Shown piece after piece: positions 39,201 through 40,664 of a stretch of 64,000 nt of DNA; position 1 is the first letter of the stretch, and each line of letters starts with the position of its first letter. Source of the DNA: Flectonema sp. DT1601 (Eukaryota); NCBI GenBank assembly GCA_964019425.1, contig OZ025789.1:124001-188000 (forward strand). Direction: 5' to 3'. A program made the translations under genes and the position numbers. Below the pieces are notes generated by a model. It searched no databases. It was not told the origin of the DNA and saw nothing but the letters and a program-made list of their open reading frames with translations.

Positions 39201-40664
39201 GGCGATGTCCACAGGCGGACACTGAACCTTCGGGTCCACACAGTGGGTGTTCGCTGAATCCCAAACACAGTCAGGTGACGCAGCCAAACAGTCGCACTTG
39301 TCGGCGATGTCGCTGCACTCGCGCTTCTGGCACTGCGTCCCAGCCGCGTTGTTCGCGTTCCAGTAGCAAGGTCCGAGGCTGTCCGCGTTGCATGCGTCCC
39401 TCGCCTTGTGCGTCGTCGGACAGTACGCATCCACACACTCCGCCGGCGATTTCGTCAGGTCCCAGTCACAGAGCAGGTTCGTTTCACAGCTTCCCTCGTT
39501 GTCGTACACGTGGCACCCGTCCTCCACGCACTCCGCAGGGTTCTTGCTGTCGTCCCACTTGCACGATCCCGCTGGCTGGTGGGCATCACACGCACCGATG
39601 TTGTTATACACATGGCACCCGGCAATCAGTACCTGGGTTCCGAACACGTCATCCGGGTTCATGCACAGGTCTCCAACTCCTCCCCACTCGCAAACGAATC
39701 CCTCGATGCGGTCGTGTCCGTTCGGGTAGTCGTTCCACTTACCGCTGGCGTAGTAGTGTCCGTAGTCTTCTCCGGTGGTATCGCAAGTTCCCGGACACGG
39801 TCTCGAGTATTCGTTCGGTTCTCCAGATTGCCAGTTTGTGTACGCACCGTTCGCAACCACGAATCCAGATCCTCTTCCCCTTCCGATCAGCTGACCCTTC
39901 CCACAGTCTACCCCGCTGCACGGTGTCTTAGATCCGGGAAGCGGGTATCCGAGGTCGCACGCCGAACGCTGCGGTCCAGTCACCCCAAGGTTGTACGGTG
40001 GGCAACCCTCTGGTCCAGTCAGCCACCTCCATTCTCCCTCCTTCGCAACGTCACCGCTTCCGATCCATCCCTCCCCGTGAAGCTTCTCAGAGGCAACCCT
40101 TTCTTCCTGCGCGTCGGTGATGGTCACCAGGTAACCCACCAACCCGAGGATGTCCTGGCTCTCCAAAGCGCACTCCGCTTGTCCCTGGTCCCAGTGGCAT
40201 TTTCCGGACCTCCCTTGGCTGTCCCGGCAGTTCCCCTTGGCGCTCGAGTAGTATTCGTAGAAGTGTCCGGTTACCGTCGAGTACATCGCATGTCCGAAGT
40301 TGTAAGTCACACGTCGGGAAGCCCCATTTCCCGATGATGTCCTAAACTGAATTGACGATAAGGCCGCCGCATATTCGGCGATCGTAGCTGACCCAGAGAG
40401 AGTCATGATACCAGTGCTCACATCAAAGTTAGCGCTGATTCCTCCAGTGCACGCGGTGCACGTCAAGGTGTCGGCTCCCCTAACGTATCCCTCCTCAATG
40501 TCCATCACAGCTCCAGAGATCGAGGTGCTACAATCACATGTGGCAGATGTGAATGTAATTTGACTGCAATCGACATCAGGGAAAGGTGTCATTAGCACTC
40601 CCTGTTCATATTTCAATCCACTGCTCACTCCCAACAGTCCTAACAACGCAATGAGCTGCCTCAT
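3258..40664 (-). CDS. Giant intronless cysteine-rich type I membrane protein (12,468 aa): 19 VWA domains, 3 C-type lectin modules, EGF-like repeats; putative adhesin/receptor
   Basis: One open frame of 37.4 kb ending in TAG at 3258-3260. The first ATG is at 40664 (the track start at 40682 is a TTG) and is followed by a signal peptide. Repeated DxSxS..T..TDG VWA motifs, WIG/WMG..EPN..WND lectin motifs and a C-terminal TM helix are visible in the translation. Confidence 0.96.
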   Translation of the reverse strand: MRQLIALLGLLGVSSGLKYEQGVLMTPFPDVDCSQITFTSATCDCSTSISGAVMDIEEGYVRGADTLTCTACTGGISANFDVSTGIMTLSGSATIAEYAAALSSIQFRTSSGNGASRRVTYNFGHAMYSTVTGHFYEYYSSAKGNCRDSQGRSGKCHWDQGQAECALESQDILGLVGYLVTITDAQEERVASEKLHGEGWIGSGDVAKEGEWRWLTGPEGCPPYNLGVTGPQRSACDLGYPLPGSKTPCSGVDCGKGQLIGRGRGSGFVVANGAYTNWQSGEPNEYSRPCPGTCDTTGEDYGHYYASGKWNDYPNGHDRIEGFVCEWGGVGDLCMNPDDVFGTQVLIAGCHVYNNIGACDAHQPAGSCKWDDSKNPAECVEDGCHVYDNEGSCETNLLCDWDLTKSPAECVDAYCPTTHKARDACNADSLGPCYWNANNAAGTQCQKRECSDIADKCDCLAASPDCVWDSANTHCVDPKVQCPPVDIAFLLDGSGSMSARFGSHAVGFYGMMEEMRDFLHAAELAPSSTSTYGIRASMVQFGKPGDSQTAQDTPPAGFVNCKAWVPVSGTTGGGAPLSGNYAALSKDVTFHENFFCRRWSQGKTILEPALREVDSIFGRDGSTRKKIVMIITDGALHDQDSDVRAAEDDLKTKYNAQIFGIVVRKATGHTRQDLRAEAKLKPLVSDPQDEHFLNVDLDHFKEQVLDQICDPKSVFGRGIAVNTVTVPLGCASKGSETDCMADLDCKWDSSISPSCTQSDCYPLCSETDCKAHPGCKWDNGNCKREEPGCTGKNQVDCKANDNCLWDAMWATDTCIDNPCRVHEDEQPCEAVSVQMGAPCSPPAGDPDYCFLSVCEYDPSKSPKCYPKKCLHTKEGTCNAEDGCEWVPVQTPPPAGPPSTLIEYCAEKICLYVSAPTCNADGKCEWDTALDKCVERPCVKHPDDVSCNADTACHWDTTGTPPVCTQTPCGGYSNTACLNDDKCMWQTKANPAYCAVKTCDKYNNPKDECKCSEDPDCTWVATDPKNPHCAIPSLAQCPDLDVAFIIDGSGSMWRPFGRHAHGYTALLEMLRDWVKTLPLTGEDHTVGAQSSVKGGTFRITFIQFSKANARPDEDHPTNCAIGQCTDGLLSGNLQELMGDIDWHEANYQGHWTYIHDALQDVADHTFLVSPPGRKQVVVIIADGGLTDINGDACSFGNSCDQCPFGCDQNWQPTYPGMLNKAQQDLRREKVVVFGVVMRRFTDKNYQDDYAELRLKPLVTDPKDEHFLNLQLDEIPSQLLNVFCDPSSPIGRSLIPPVDSTHFPCATWGFKDECNADKYCEWKQPKLRTCDSPTGCPELNCQAVPSQYTGLFRCANCKLQRATVICGAGVVSAIDGTCGTTHCKDCCEKDCCDKDPACAWSGTPKECTRKVCEHTDKTNCEGDADSLCMWDDNTRDCSKKPCAAVFVREACLNKTECLWDTGVDPPVCLQVPTCDGKLQADCLADPQCVYNCSLPTECRDSRCQYTIPGTCGVDSNCEWKNGACSEKLCSYTAQQSCDAAGCENCKWNTKSNQCEVDKCKVHTNQNNCNQDPLCVWDGTTPCVTDYCPSFGNDIVGCDHDPRCHWNTTTAPASCQPTVCTVAHNANYPPASKVADSCESDPNCKKGTDSKGDYCETAKCSDFLKNCECTKQPNCYWDSTASPKCRDVHVSACPDLDVVFVLDGSGSMSGTFGNHPHGYFGMVEMLRDWMQTLPLTGEDHTVGNRSTVVGGTFRLAFVQFSRTDEYWVCRNNNQGCTQSRRCRDPVPRGTCTDGELSGKRSELDVDLDWHETNYMGSVTYMAKALEDAVHVFQGSPSHRQHVLIVITDGAMNPKEPQSSVEIPQIRQNLDAMDVITFGVVVRKSAAHTDADLDAEKTLKPITSDPHDDHFVNVPLDDMLEEVFKDFCDPAGRFGAAIQAHQNQGGGSTTPPATGASVPCSKWGVKLECRADQACDWQDQVPQKCAAADGCLNLNCLELSATQKASGFVCENCMLAGGSVTCTAGARNTANGMCVTTECEKHCLKPECDRATGCFWDQDKCQREVCEYPKQQDCVQDDLCDWNTTKVPAECDPKKCQHFAPGPCNADDKCKWDYSTGTCNPTVPDCTQTKDEQKCLADPSGLCDWDCVSDSCINKVCQFTDQGSCENSRDPECEWGDGANPLCHKKRCTGTIQAECLADTACNWDGAACAETKCYKHADEVTCSRDTDCDWDAVGCGLCVEKYCFDKHTGKDSCNTDQKGLCRWDDAANKCVDKLCSDYNKPALFDAKDMVCLCTEDPRCIVDRSVSPIVCVDQKYSSCPDLDVVVSFDASCSMDKTFGRHPSGFDALMEVMRDWVQKVPLTGEDSTKGISSDVKGGKLRVAFNSWDTGVRVAQCPTCSCNPKNGVTKGDGIPTLSIIPGTTPAVADTCGKLTGDRSQLLGDLDWYEGEALRCKTKVKEAEEWAGEIFKESPAHRQKVLLIITDGRIMDKDELGPAGRVLAAEGVKVFGILLRRRASATARDMANLVTLKEIVSNPKETHALSLQVDEALSIMDGFCDPNSPFGTYITQGSSTPQVTTCSQIGALVSCDAEKTCQWNSISLKCEDHPCFSHCNEKNCTTDPTNKCLWSATSECEKAVCKDFQNQPDCKSNKCQWDQAKDPACFEPECDATTEDACVNLGEKCMWDTSLRPPDCVKTPCYYNKTECVADPACTWDDVCADPVDQKCVPKRCTLDSHKNQAGCQADIYCVWSQQLSCEPAPCVNYPDEKCCDHDDSCHWDVSQAPAVCKQKYCPSTYPTTAHVDPCNGDGLCMWNSTTNECVDKVCNKMEECACKKDPDCFWSGVKCADKKYGECPVMDIILLLDGSGSMSKNFGRHPHGFYALVEILRDWVKTLPLTGEPAASPTPGGPLTGGVRLGFVQFSGKNRGQPWPWSPGSTNAIETSGNTGTGGHLSGLESEINDDLDWHENNYLGKGTMIQLGLEMVGDMFDRSHKVSSRKRILIIVTDGKIFDPDVLDSARQVLNQEQVQTFGIVLRRQSVHTPADTDAEKTLKPITSDPHDDHFQNLQIDEVASQVFADICDPNGVWGHLIVSSTNAPGQSGVHRPCDHYTGTHDCTQDAGCVWDTASTACADSPCTAHCDDPTCTADTVNLCAWNSTTGDCWKKTECAYTTIAECVKSPEKCVWDNVKDPKCQKEKCTPNTNIQDCLDDPDSCEWINVQGKDQCVEKKCQHPDKTTCETDPNCAWSADACNGTRSSCKEVLCKHTNAGECTADSRCSWDATGVVGSCKENLCAKYLDERCCDHKDACKWDITVTPPVCGDKKCPKIGVKDTCNNETDCMWDDARRTCRDLDCSKYPTRCPCDKNSKCYWKPGAGLNGQGQCVAIEFGECPTLDIAVILDGSGSMASTFGSHPHGFYALVEMMRDWVGKLPLNGEDASVGLNSAANNGGVRVAFVQFSGKNYRRSEAKTASGARTTNGRLSGVLGELDADLDFHENNYYRKGTMIEKALVMVGDIFHGSPVDGRQRVLFIFTDGEIFDGQLLAPARAELDREGVQTFGIVVRKKDQHTPDDRNAEKTLKPITSNPHDEHFRNLMIDDIPDLIGSICDPNGPWGHLIVKDPPKPTTGVHHPCPDYVTETPCSQDAGCVWSDVGGLCVNSPCLMHCLEPDCRNDKGNNCTWNSQNATCSKAEDPTCPCKFVTNDPQYNEQQCNADARCTWESNKCIYDECKTKGVGCTAVGQSCSDPNKDPCSPDDYVCDCIPPTTIFPSGAQPSQLPANCRLDECVATCPTCANDTCTSVGQTCNDPNPTMTHHSDWTCTCPPPSTGKATAAAADCKIDECVVQQDTCKNQTCLDPNMNAASKGDWMCICPPPSNKTNVGGRADCKVDECTLHGDICANVGQRCVDPNFNQQGDWKCECLPPTNGTMTAGPAICLLDECEKDCPTCEKDVCKTATTGEQKCHDPDKTASSTGDWTCECIPPMTGLGHAAPAHCNIDECLKVCATCANDTCSSQNQTCHDPNHDATSLSDWVCKCPPPATDIAIAAAATPCEDDECHDPKNEKVCTAAGQVCVDDDKKTRGTWECVCVVPPAVAAVRGQQVPAHCEYPGECNTDDDAKKKCTDLGFVCDDPNPMVDGNWVCMCAPPAIGTNVTLGTPTDCLLDECVVTCPTCAQTDTSPTNVCSAEGQLCVDNKQSHTDLGDWTCECVPPQVGTPAVAAPAKCQLDECVAVCSTCAQTQQGGSHTCTSVGQTCEDPNKSVDSVSDWMCTCVDPGRGVATAKQADCVCDECRNNTICLVAGQTCFDSVKTCPPQKDFKCECPPPTSGVMTGAPVATCEVDECVENGATCRAVGQTCRDPNAAKLHDWECMCPPPSVGIAITQQAKCVLDECVQTCPTCAGSTCSDAGQECEDPKMTLQSTNDWLCKCPPPSSNVATGKPAKCEEDECDTNGFKCTVDCRAGSLDCQQTCFDPNTSVNSTDDWRCVCPPPSSDFSIAKAAECTNDPCKHDNEQTCLSDPEGCEWKDLPTPGCSRKPCLHDKQSDCAADPMCDWSSGSGAVGNLANQMTYEKDVAVKPFEGLTCQTPGSWKNGCSCTTTIGSNVLPGATVDIEDGYLSGKDTLTCVACKSLGLTAEWHAVSGMLTISTGTADELAKAVASIEFSTSADNSGKRRITWNYGHGFYSSHTGSFYHFYPKSTCAGGACTWSDAQEQCASDSNQILGLRGYLITITSEVEDEVARMKLEGQGWMGASDVGEEGTWSWVTGPEGAAGGCQYSSTSSSCNLASEKGLPFGSGTGGNFAPAVDPNTGRDMYGNWANNEPNDFRGPCPGSCVKDGEDFGHFLWPSGEWNDYPGDHQRIDGYICEWGGIGEMCADVSDATGVTDLVAGVCVEKACVNDTETDCKANPKCSWVGGNVEPCVVAPCVEIPNEKECDKDPVCHWDVTVSPSLCTEKICNKNKDPTTCNVKDDCVWDDGANRCVDKVCDPFERCDCKAEPKCFWDTSSGSGKCVENRYGQCPTLDVVLLLDGSGSMSQNFGRHPNGFYAMMEMIRDWVKTLPLTGESHQVGANSTAPNGGMRMGVIQFSGIPISGGTAVDKAAIKSPIGVGSFGSLTGKLTELQSDIDYHEANYLQAGTYINQGLGWAGDMFRASPAGRKRVLIIITDGAIKDDDKLASARATLNQESVEVFGVVLRRQATHSPVDTLAEEKLKPITSDPHDDHFENLMIDELPTTVLNGLCDPNSKWGALLLLSGAAAQNQSGVHKPCPQYVDQVLCTADAGCVFSSIGLECVDSPCVEHCNVTRCTADTLNDCYWNASVAGLEGCWKNPLCSYQDDVTCEKDQKCDWNQTKGDCEERICNQQTEAECDLDPNGCEWDGLQQMCVEKPCKHTNSSACHSDALCEWDGCDGVTDGAQCIKKRCAAAPGAPALTEQACNSDQHCEWKSNACGLKQCTVHSDERCCDKDSSCHWDVSLTPAQCSVKHCATMNQDKPACNTDPLCTFNDSSTECVDKVCKDLDRCDCLAETKCFWNSLAPTPFCTETKFGQCPTLDLVLLLDGSGSMAGPFGRHPHGFYGLMEMLRDWMKTLPLNGEKADVGLNSAANTGEVRVGLIQFSGKNRSGASNGRADAKGTPPGTGTETRLSGDFDELSADVDWHEANYYSRGTMIQKGLQMSADMFHQSPNDGRQRVLIIITDGRIFDPNALQHARSELDTEQVKVFGVVVRRSAQHTRDDADAEETLKPITSNPHDAHFQNLQIDEVPEKVLGDICDPNGVFGSLVLGQAAQQGSGGANPASGGVHQPCPQHLRQAGCLADPGCVWFDNSLSCGDSPCLHHCEEKNCTADAANGCMWANGTICVREPKTGCEIYTGKPEDCKKQKDCQVDKDGSTCVDKKCNRDNEQGCLADPDDCVWNNLNQECTETPCKETEEGPCVASQDGCVWQTTIPLNSTVSAYARGQPMVPFPTVSCTVSGKCSCSDTVKGAAVDVEEGYVKGKDVLACDQCAGLGFEAEWHDVPGVLYLKSTTAKTMAEYAAAIATVTFTTTSDAGSPRKITWNYGHGFLSSATGHYYHYFSKTECQNVDPTASECHWGQAQAECESADNMILGLRGYLITITSEEEDQVAKMKLEGQGWMGAADKNDEGRWGWVVGPEGLDGGCTYAADQSGCDLTSQVGLVIGSGSGGSFVAATDANTGKPMYTNWEAGEPNNYKGACPGSCATEGENYAHFRWPSGEWNDFPGDHQRIDGYICEWGGVGELCVDPKDASGRVEVTAGTCVEEKCKADRKDPCVADPYCEWKDNNNNTNSTGCVQKKCTEYMTEIQCDRIEDCHWNPSISPAMCVEKPCAKLRDEPTCEADSDCAWDKDRTKCIEKDCNKLEKCDCVEDEKCYWKALASQPQQGSCVKVTYGECPTLDVVMILDGSGSMSQNFGRHPHGFYALMEMVRDWVKTLPLSGEKAVVGSNSGAGSEKLRVALVQFSGHPEHFTFGDIVNSVAFPPVGVGAGGRLTGDLAELSADVDWHEANYLEAGTYIEKALVRAGSIFKSSSPVDGRKRVLIIITDGKIQDDDKLAQAKNDLDGMDVQTFGIVVRRTNQLTQNDIDAETSLKPITSDPHDDHFLNLMIDEVPDKALNGICDPNGPWGHLIVDQAAIAAQTQAQQAGVHRPCPNYGNKVPCSSDVGCKWSDVLIACLDSPCVKHCTQEQCANSTGDCNWNSTVLECFNKEVCPGISDPNACDQNDKCSWNATGNKCIDTPCLHPDEPSCIADSTFDCTWDTVNGSCIETRCTQVDKTSCNQEAGCEWDEACGEGTCVGVPCQHADETECSKDVLCQWSQQSLTCSRKACAVYPDEKCCNHKDGCHWDVQQAPAVCAELPCRKFGEQVACSDERDCMWKDNKCVEKDCGEFEKCECDADPDCFFSISDGGSHCTFQRYATCPTLDVVLLIDGGASMSRAFGRHPNGFYALVEVVRDWAATLPLSGEAAGTTSMPQTKAMRLAMVQFAGSSQWPSSDEKQALSSPPGTGSGGRLSGVLSEVEADADFHEGNFMGESAAAQPDLKQTYLLGGLQKAVSLFQTSPFDGRKRVLIIVADGELNDKDSYTAARAALDQAQVHVFGIALRPFSTVSTDDVKTQQTLSGALSDPKDQHLQSLQVDEVASALKGLCDPNHAWGKFIADTSDGVACTLYASKDPCNKDDGCVWFDRTLSCGDSPCLAHCKQDNCTSADADNHCVWNQTLGACRKEELCNHPDTVECEKDDKCEVDPADKKTCIGKICDHDNQQGCLADPKGPCVWNESGKDCSKQPCVYFEPVFCNNDTECTWNRDADLCETIKCRWGQQVECEEKDGGICEWKNNACTFKPCKEHPDEKTCGKDDLCSWGTDCEVKYCKRYGEPGACDQDGECMWLNNTCVEKNCGEFEVCRCRKDGDCYWDKGTCKTSKFGECPTLDIVLVVDGSGSMSKSFGVHPHGFYGLMEMLKTWVQSLSLSGVPAGGSPLLDGKARVGFVQFGGIPTNKLPNGNVDGAQTTPAQIGASGRLTGLRTELDAELEWQETNYMHGGTFIASALDTAADMFKESPGSLRKKVLLVFTDGEIKDVDRLKDARGRLENAGVVTFGVVVRRFLAHTPVDLDAENSLRPITSEPHVDHYLNLVLSEIPDALDGLCDPNSLWGKYVVDPQSQAGVHKPCRNYVDKTKCDSDPGCLYQEVLTACVDTPCIRHCEESECNRDQGNHCEWNLQEQVCYKKEICPHTTPQACNQDAMCAWNVTAGTGGECGEKPCLHPDENSCLADTEFECTWQTGSQECVLTPCQYPDSTTCGADSGCKWDNSCPDEECVVKPCEGAGSDAACTADSRCQWNGSCSAKVCSEYAGEQCCNAVDGCHWDVQQSPALCAQLPCRKFDQNGCKGEDECMWSDAKLTCVEKDCGVMDKCQCEGDADCFFSSTAVSSHCTFQRYGTCPTLDIVLLLDGGASMSRAFGRHPNGFYALVEVVKDWAATLPLSKEAAGQPSVANTKAIRLALVQFAGSSKWTSDDPRQATFSPPGTGSGGHLTGSLSEVRADAEYHMGAFLGGSLVTQPTTQQTYLLAGLEKAVSLFRASPVDGRRRVLIIVSDGELHDKDAYGQAMSELDQAQVRIFGAVIRPFGTRTAIDLRAEETLKQIVSSPASAHFQNILVDELATALNGICEPQHVWGRYVADVSEEVLPCPTVAEKDPCNKQSHCVWFDETLSCGDSPCLKHCKQDNCTADWPNQCQWKSGGCVKEEVCKHPTAARCLQDEKCEVADDGKTCIGKKCEHDNEQGCLADPDPCEWNNLAQTCGKRPCTYDAVATCEQDLNCTWNLDADYCELKKCSPYTEKGDCLTKPAAGLCEWVKQIGGNSLCETAPCKQYSSEKECNGDVICEWDTSIAPGTCNEKYCRRHCTKRGCNQATCKADAKCMTEGNSCVTKVCDKLSSDPCECHNDPDCFWIPSEQACVDTRYGTCPTLDLVVLFDGSGSMSNAFGRHPHGYFAEVEMLKSWVQGLPLSGEAAGTPSTVNRKTRVAFIQFSGVPQDSGSPVTGPIPGSALKTPSNTGTAGRLSGDAGELLADLSWHEANYMAQGTYIRAGLDMAAGIFQDSPLDGRRRALFIITDGAIQDKNLLASAQAKLSSQQVEVFGIVVRRFATHTQLDADAEETLKPITSDPHADHFVNVDMDELADVNGPLTKMCDPATGWGSGLAMQPVGGQHQPCRKYEGKTSCMSDRGCVWSETLLGCVNSPCVVHCSEAMCDGDVTNGCVGGWNELEKTCYRKEVCGGDNVVTCESEEGCEWNATATDCGEKRCHHKTEDSCLADTEAVCMWKDPTTCVLMPCVNHEARQECESDTEKSCMWTGDKTCVQKKCVYTAEVDCRSDALCDWQTSNLTCTVRPCVEYTEDKSCDADRRCHWDTSTSPGSCQLERCAKYPEQAMCEADSGCLWEKDLCVEKTCHKIPERCGCQQDPSCFWSNTGGRGRCEEQAYGKCPTLDVALVLDGSGSMSQSFGRHPHGFYAMMEMIRDWVKTLPLSGEDSAVGSNSVPSGGVRVGLVQFSGLAGSTGPTGGVVNSAQRTPPGVGANGRLSGDLAQLQADIEWHEDNYMKQLTFIEEGLVMASNMFAQDSPVDGRRKIIIIITDGVLMDGDKLSGVRSTLKQQQVLVFGIAVRRFSARTQGDIDAEAALKPVVSAPADEHFLSLMLDEVPTEVLTGLCDPASKWGRYVAGGGSGSIGLPAGAVPCEQFPSKGTCNQEKGCAWGDSAQVCGNTPCFQHCDDGPCTDDKENHCEWNGTESVCWKSKLCAHPDERSCAQDDECAWRNNTCAEKPCVHADEDACLADPEGCVYDSLLLTCSLEPCKTLKTEDGCSTEKEICEWDKHGLICKPKRCVSCGGNSTCCVEDESNKQWCEMNTTSNECQEKPCVGYADEVSCHEDLVCEWDSAVAPGKCKEKFCSQYGESVSCNNEPACHWDFSTCSDKKCGDYAKDLTNTDEVHCACNSNPECFWHDNVCVDVHYGACPTMDIVVLFDGSASMANQFGRHPRGYAALLEMLRDWSLLLPLANDYGRADRNGTGYPVGLTRISFIQFSGNENKKVNGVVRGSSLSTPLSGVNGAAGGRLSGYMPELTVDLDWQEKNFMGGGSFLAESFDTAAGLLAGAPNDGRKKVVMVIIDGKIEDGDQTALAKSKLDAIGVHTVGIVIRKSQSHTAGDLEAEASLRPLVTEPQETHFTNLMIDELQENVFDKWCNPGTPWGRWLVNLGTTDSHLPCDFHHNSAECNRDSGCQWDDSLVRCANTPCLQLCSEKLCMSAEESLLCEYDAKDHACGKKKVCAAANANDCGSDPECWWSTTKDRCEPRPCQHITEPACVSDTEEECVWVEDKCSLKKCSYNVSADCLADVECTWDQVASVCSEKPCQYVVMDLCVGDKQCKWESNKCVERPCAQHLDESSCHTDVGCKWDVDSSPAYCTETYCARWKAESDCDGDAACAWDSQQRGCVESRCDRFNGNQCACQEEAGCFWSGASDECVTSVFGACPPLDVAVVFDGSGSMSQAFGRHPHGYEALTTFLKEWVKKLPLNGDSYTAKEQTKATGMRVGFVQFSTPGAPRTTAGMVGTANGLLSGNLSELEKDIEYHNKNQMADRTFVEGALEHAVEIFRASPPTRKRVLILITDGKLNDADMLKAVRGSLDALSVQTFGVVIRRLDTRTQEDIDAEFALKPVVSLPTDEHFLNLKLDDVVTEVFEAICDPTKKFGALIAMREGAAHQPCAVYESAGSCLDDTWCVWSESLLGCVNTPCLSYGCSESECNAATSDFCGWTNGKSCERQPACPKHASPQLCDADTANACRWNGSTCQVRKCNHQAEDSCVTDPEGCEWATDDMVCTKTECTYTEEAKCTQAAAAEGCQWKAEEKLCVKDRCQSATCEANPWCCECAAHADEVTCNHDDKCHWSVDDAPSMCKVKYCSRFSEQGSCSTDPQQRCSWDSVDGECADKNCTKIGEPCPCNKDLGCFWDGSKKECVTGQFGGCPLMDVVIAMDSTTSMQGAFDRHPNGYYAMVEKIRDWVKGIPLSGTLGKAFKESPAQGVRVGVVQFAAEAGAIKSPQGVGSAGHVTGDLDELLKDLDFHEKNIVGTERAYIKSALDLTKGMLGSVTRKRILLVLTDSELKDAATTATVQNLRTLLGMQVQTFGLLLRPTTAFDASSSTAREALKMITSTVQDEHFADATIDELDSILWALCDPHKQFGALIAKSATGSGSASTPCPNHLEKDACDTDLSCRWSDRLLSCADSGCLAHCDNATCAEDHANLCSWIDGSCFKQPICSHADVSECLIDPGCDWNANKVKCEKKKCQHESESGCVEDLVGCEWESAHDACVERPCTYTSQDACGVDAKCTWDSKIRGTMAWGPCVLIPCQASDEAGCLADGKKCEWSTGTPECVPKKCTPYPDEMTCDHDDACHWNTEESPPGCTQKYCSKHAEQAACKTDSEKCKWSGQGCVELKCSDLKDGCSCKAVDRCTWDAKRSACLEGAFGGCPVMDIAVVFDGSGSMSQAFGRHPHGFYAMVEQLRDWVKTLPLSLESAGTMDPQAGGLRVGFIQFSAPKSAVRAPAGTGTGGRFSGVVAELSADLDFHEQAYAMESTYISQALDFAANLFQSSPAGRRKVLLIVTDGKIHDAAELNSARAALGGQGVEVFGVVLRRFKAHSEVDLEAEAVLSGIVSEPKADHYVNIPLDDFSREVLVDICNPNSKFGKIILNYQSLEGHHLPCGSFVTEKACYREAACKWNATQLACEWSMCHDECDEGSCNGAAGCVWDATFGECGRVVECSASEKLACEAMKYTVTDEGCRWYEGDSVCGPPPCTATTEDNCVADPYGCQFDEEAADKSKCVEKMCNAPDPVTCDGKDTCQWDLVIGSCVEKPCVPYKTEDVCGKHSYDCEWKGNTCTPLECVPYTNERDCAADASCEWKTAHAPAHCGVKVCRVNEDKPSCEGVESCVWDEAQRTCDEGVSQCKRFSKSCECGKTSGCMWKDDSCMASMYANCPAVDVVVLMDGSTSMAEVFGRHPHGFLAVTELLLDWVKTLPLADGEGSGAATKVLRTSGFRVGFAQFSASGAAKRTSTEGTKGLLSGSEAQLVDDLHWHEDQFRGSATVESYASQAMEMASVMLDESPADRKKVVIVVADGAIPDANLMKATRGRLEAQRATVFGIQVRRFSRPSAVSESDAETMKALVTEPVDSHFESVEMSELADVFAGLCNEATSFGYYVSEHGEPLHKGSCGEWESAAGCEVDSLCKWAAAGAECVRSACPSFCAEDACAGAAAEERCGWDAGSQSCQKQVCEFATQGACESTTDTESCRWETSTLSAAVCKPNVGCYALEEEVSCNADHSCSWNAAKPACEERSKCGVIGTKPTCDDRRECVWNTATSTCDDVEGCGLYPTESECDLSQKDDCAWSASSRVCIEKDCGVWDEGQKCEAALCVWVDGSNGTVAHCEDPKGCAVYAGEEAKCIEDAVCEWDAGVCKDKTGCPIYKDATICQKLRAPAARCEWDAPNVMCKDGEGCFMYSEMKKCGADDKCEWFEGAALPTGVKQPLCGKKCAMIGEATDCEDTQGCKWEEATCKKNDGCEDAGDRAGCNQMEWCTWDVNRCVTSLPCSEWSTKETCDVRSDGKCEWTGSECVVGGCPALNQTACVEDASCSWNGTCTQAGACKECPAGMSGKNCDQCDFKVVDGSCVVCDRDATCSGKGDCENNMCTCDPGWGGADCSVRMCAPSGAYWYTAYPNKPVKAEMFTVIVHGCFSQKKKNSGKLALMKGQDCLATVNQGCMVSEGSKITITETCQAAGVANPMLEPKVGMELMMNVTAQISGEYTLCYAMEGEKWAPVETHDRAGSRIGQLEVLEEFNDDAGARGATLLTAGEACCEGLQLGEACLPAALILVLWILVIALIVFLAYSLMKSRNENAALDQEKKERKFDDFEMDDGNKKMLDDDDDDDVRSPEK
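3261..3467 (-). other. Single TM helix (3393..3467) and 44-aa acidic cytoplasmic tail of the giant protein
   Basis: LPAALILVLWILVIALIVFLAYSLM followed by KSRNE...DDDDDDDVRSPEK-stop. Confidence 0.92.
3960..4131 (-). other. Membrane-proximal laminin/tenascin-type EGF-like domains
   Basis: CKECPAGMSGKNCDQC and CSGKGDCENNMCTCDPGWGGADC (CxCxxGWxGxxC EGF signature). Confidence 0.8.
21948..22850 (-). other. Adhesin-repeat + C-type lectin module 3 (EPN at 22086-22094)
   Basis: GVLYLKS..MAEYAAAIATVTF, GHYYHY, GLRGYLITITS, GWMGAAD..EGRWGWVVGPEG, NWEAGEPN, GEWND, YICEWGG. Confidence 0.85.
26090..27000 (-). other. Adhesin-repeat + C-type lectin module 2 (EPN at 26229-26237)
   Basis: GMLTIS..ELAKAVASIEF, GLRGYLITITS, GWMGASD..EGTWSWVTGPEG, NWANNEPN, GEWND, YICEWGG. 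Confidence 0.85.
27185..29510 (-). repeat. 14 tandem ~50-60-aa EGF-like 'DEC' repeats
   Basis: Consensus DEC..(CPTC)..C...GQxCxDPN.....DWxCxCPPP.......AxC, counted in the translation between VWA6 and lectin module 2. Confidence 0.85.
39678..40616 (-). other. N-terminal adhesin-repeat + C-type lectin module 1 (EPN at 39813-39821)
   Basis: GIMTLSGSATIAEYAAALSSIQF, GHFYEY, GLVGYLVTITD, GWIGSGD..EGEWRWLTGPEG, NWQSGEPN, GKWND, FVCEWGG. Confidence 0.87.
40617..40664 (-). other. Signal peptide of the giant protein
   Basis: MRQLIALLGLLGVSSG-LKY: basic n-region, hydrophobic core, small residues at -3/-1. Confidence 0.85.

Larger units (their letters stand above)
5480..39222 (-). repeat. Array of 19 VWA domains, mostly in ~1.5-1.9-kb units (VWA + spacer of short 4-Cys/Trp repeats)
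   Basis: CPxxD(V/I/L)xxxxDxSxSM motifs start near 39220, 37560, 35600, 33720, 32120, 30515, 25645, 24060, 21480, 19910, 18400, 16860, 15295, 13745, 12165, 10620, 9150, 7640 and 6125 (approximate, counted by eye). Confidence 0.9.

Noticed and set aside
3855..40337. Many long plus-strand and off-frame ORFs (e.g. 5091..6968, 14184..15737, 17088..19055, 36645..38372) and their duplicates beyond 44237
   Set aside because: Shadows of the GC-biased giant CDS: Arg/Ser/Pro- or His/Gln-rich translations with no recognisable domains.
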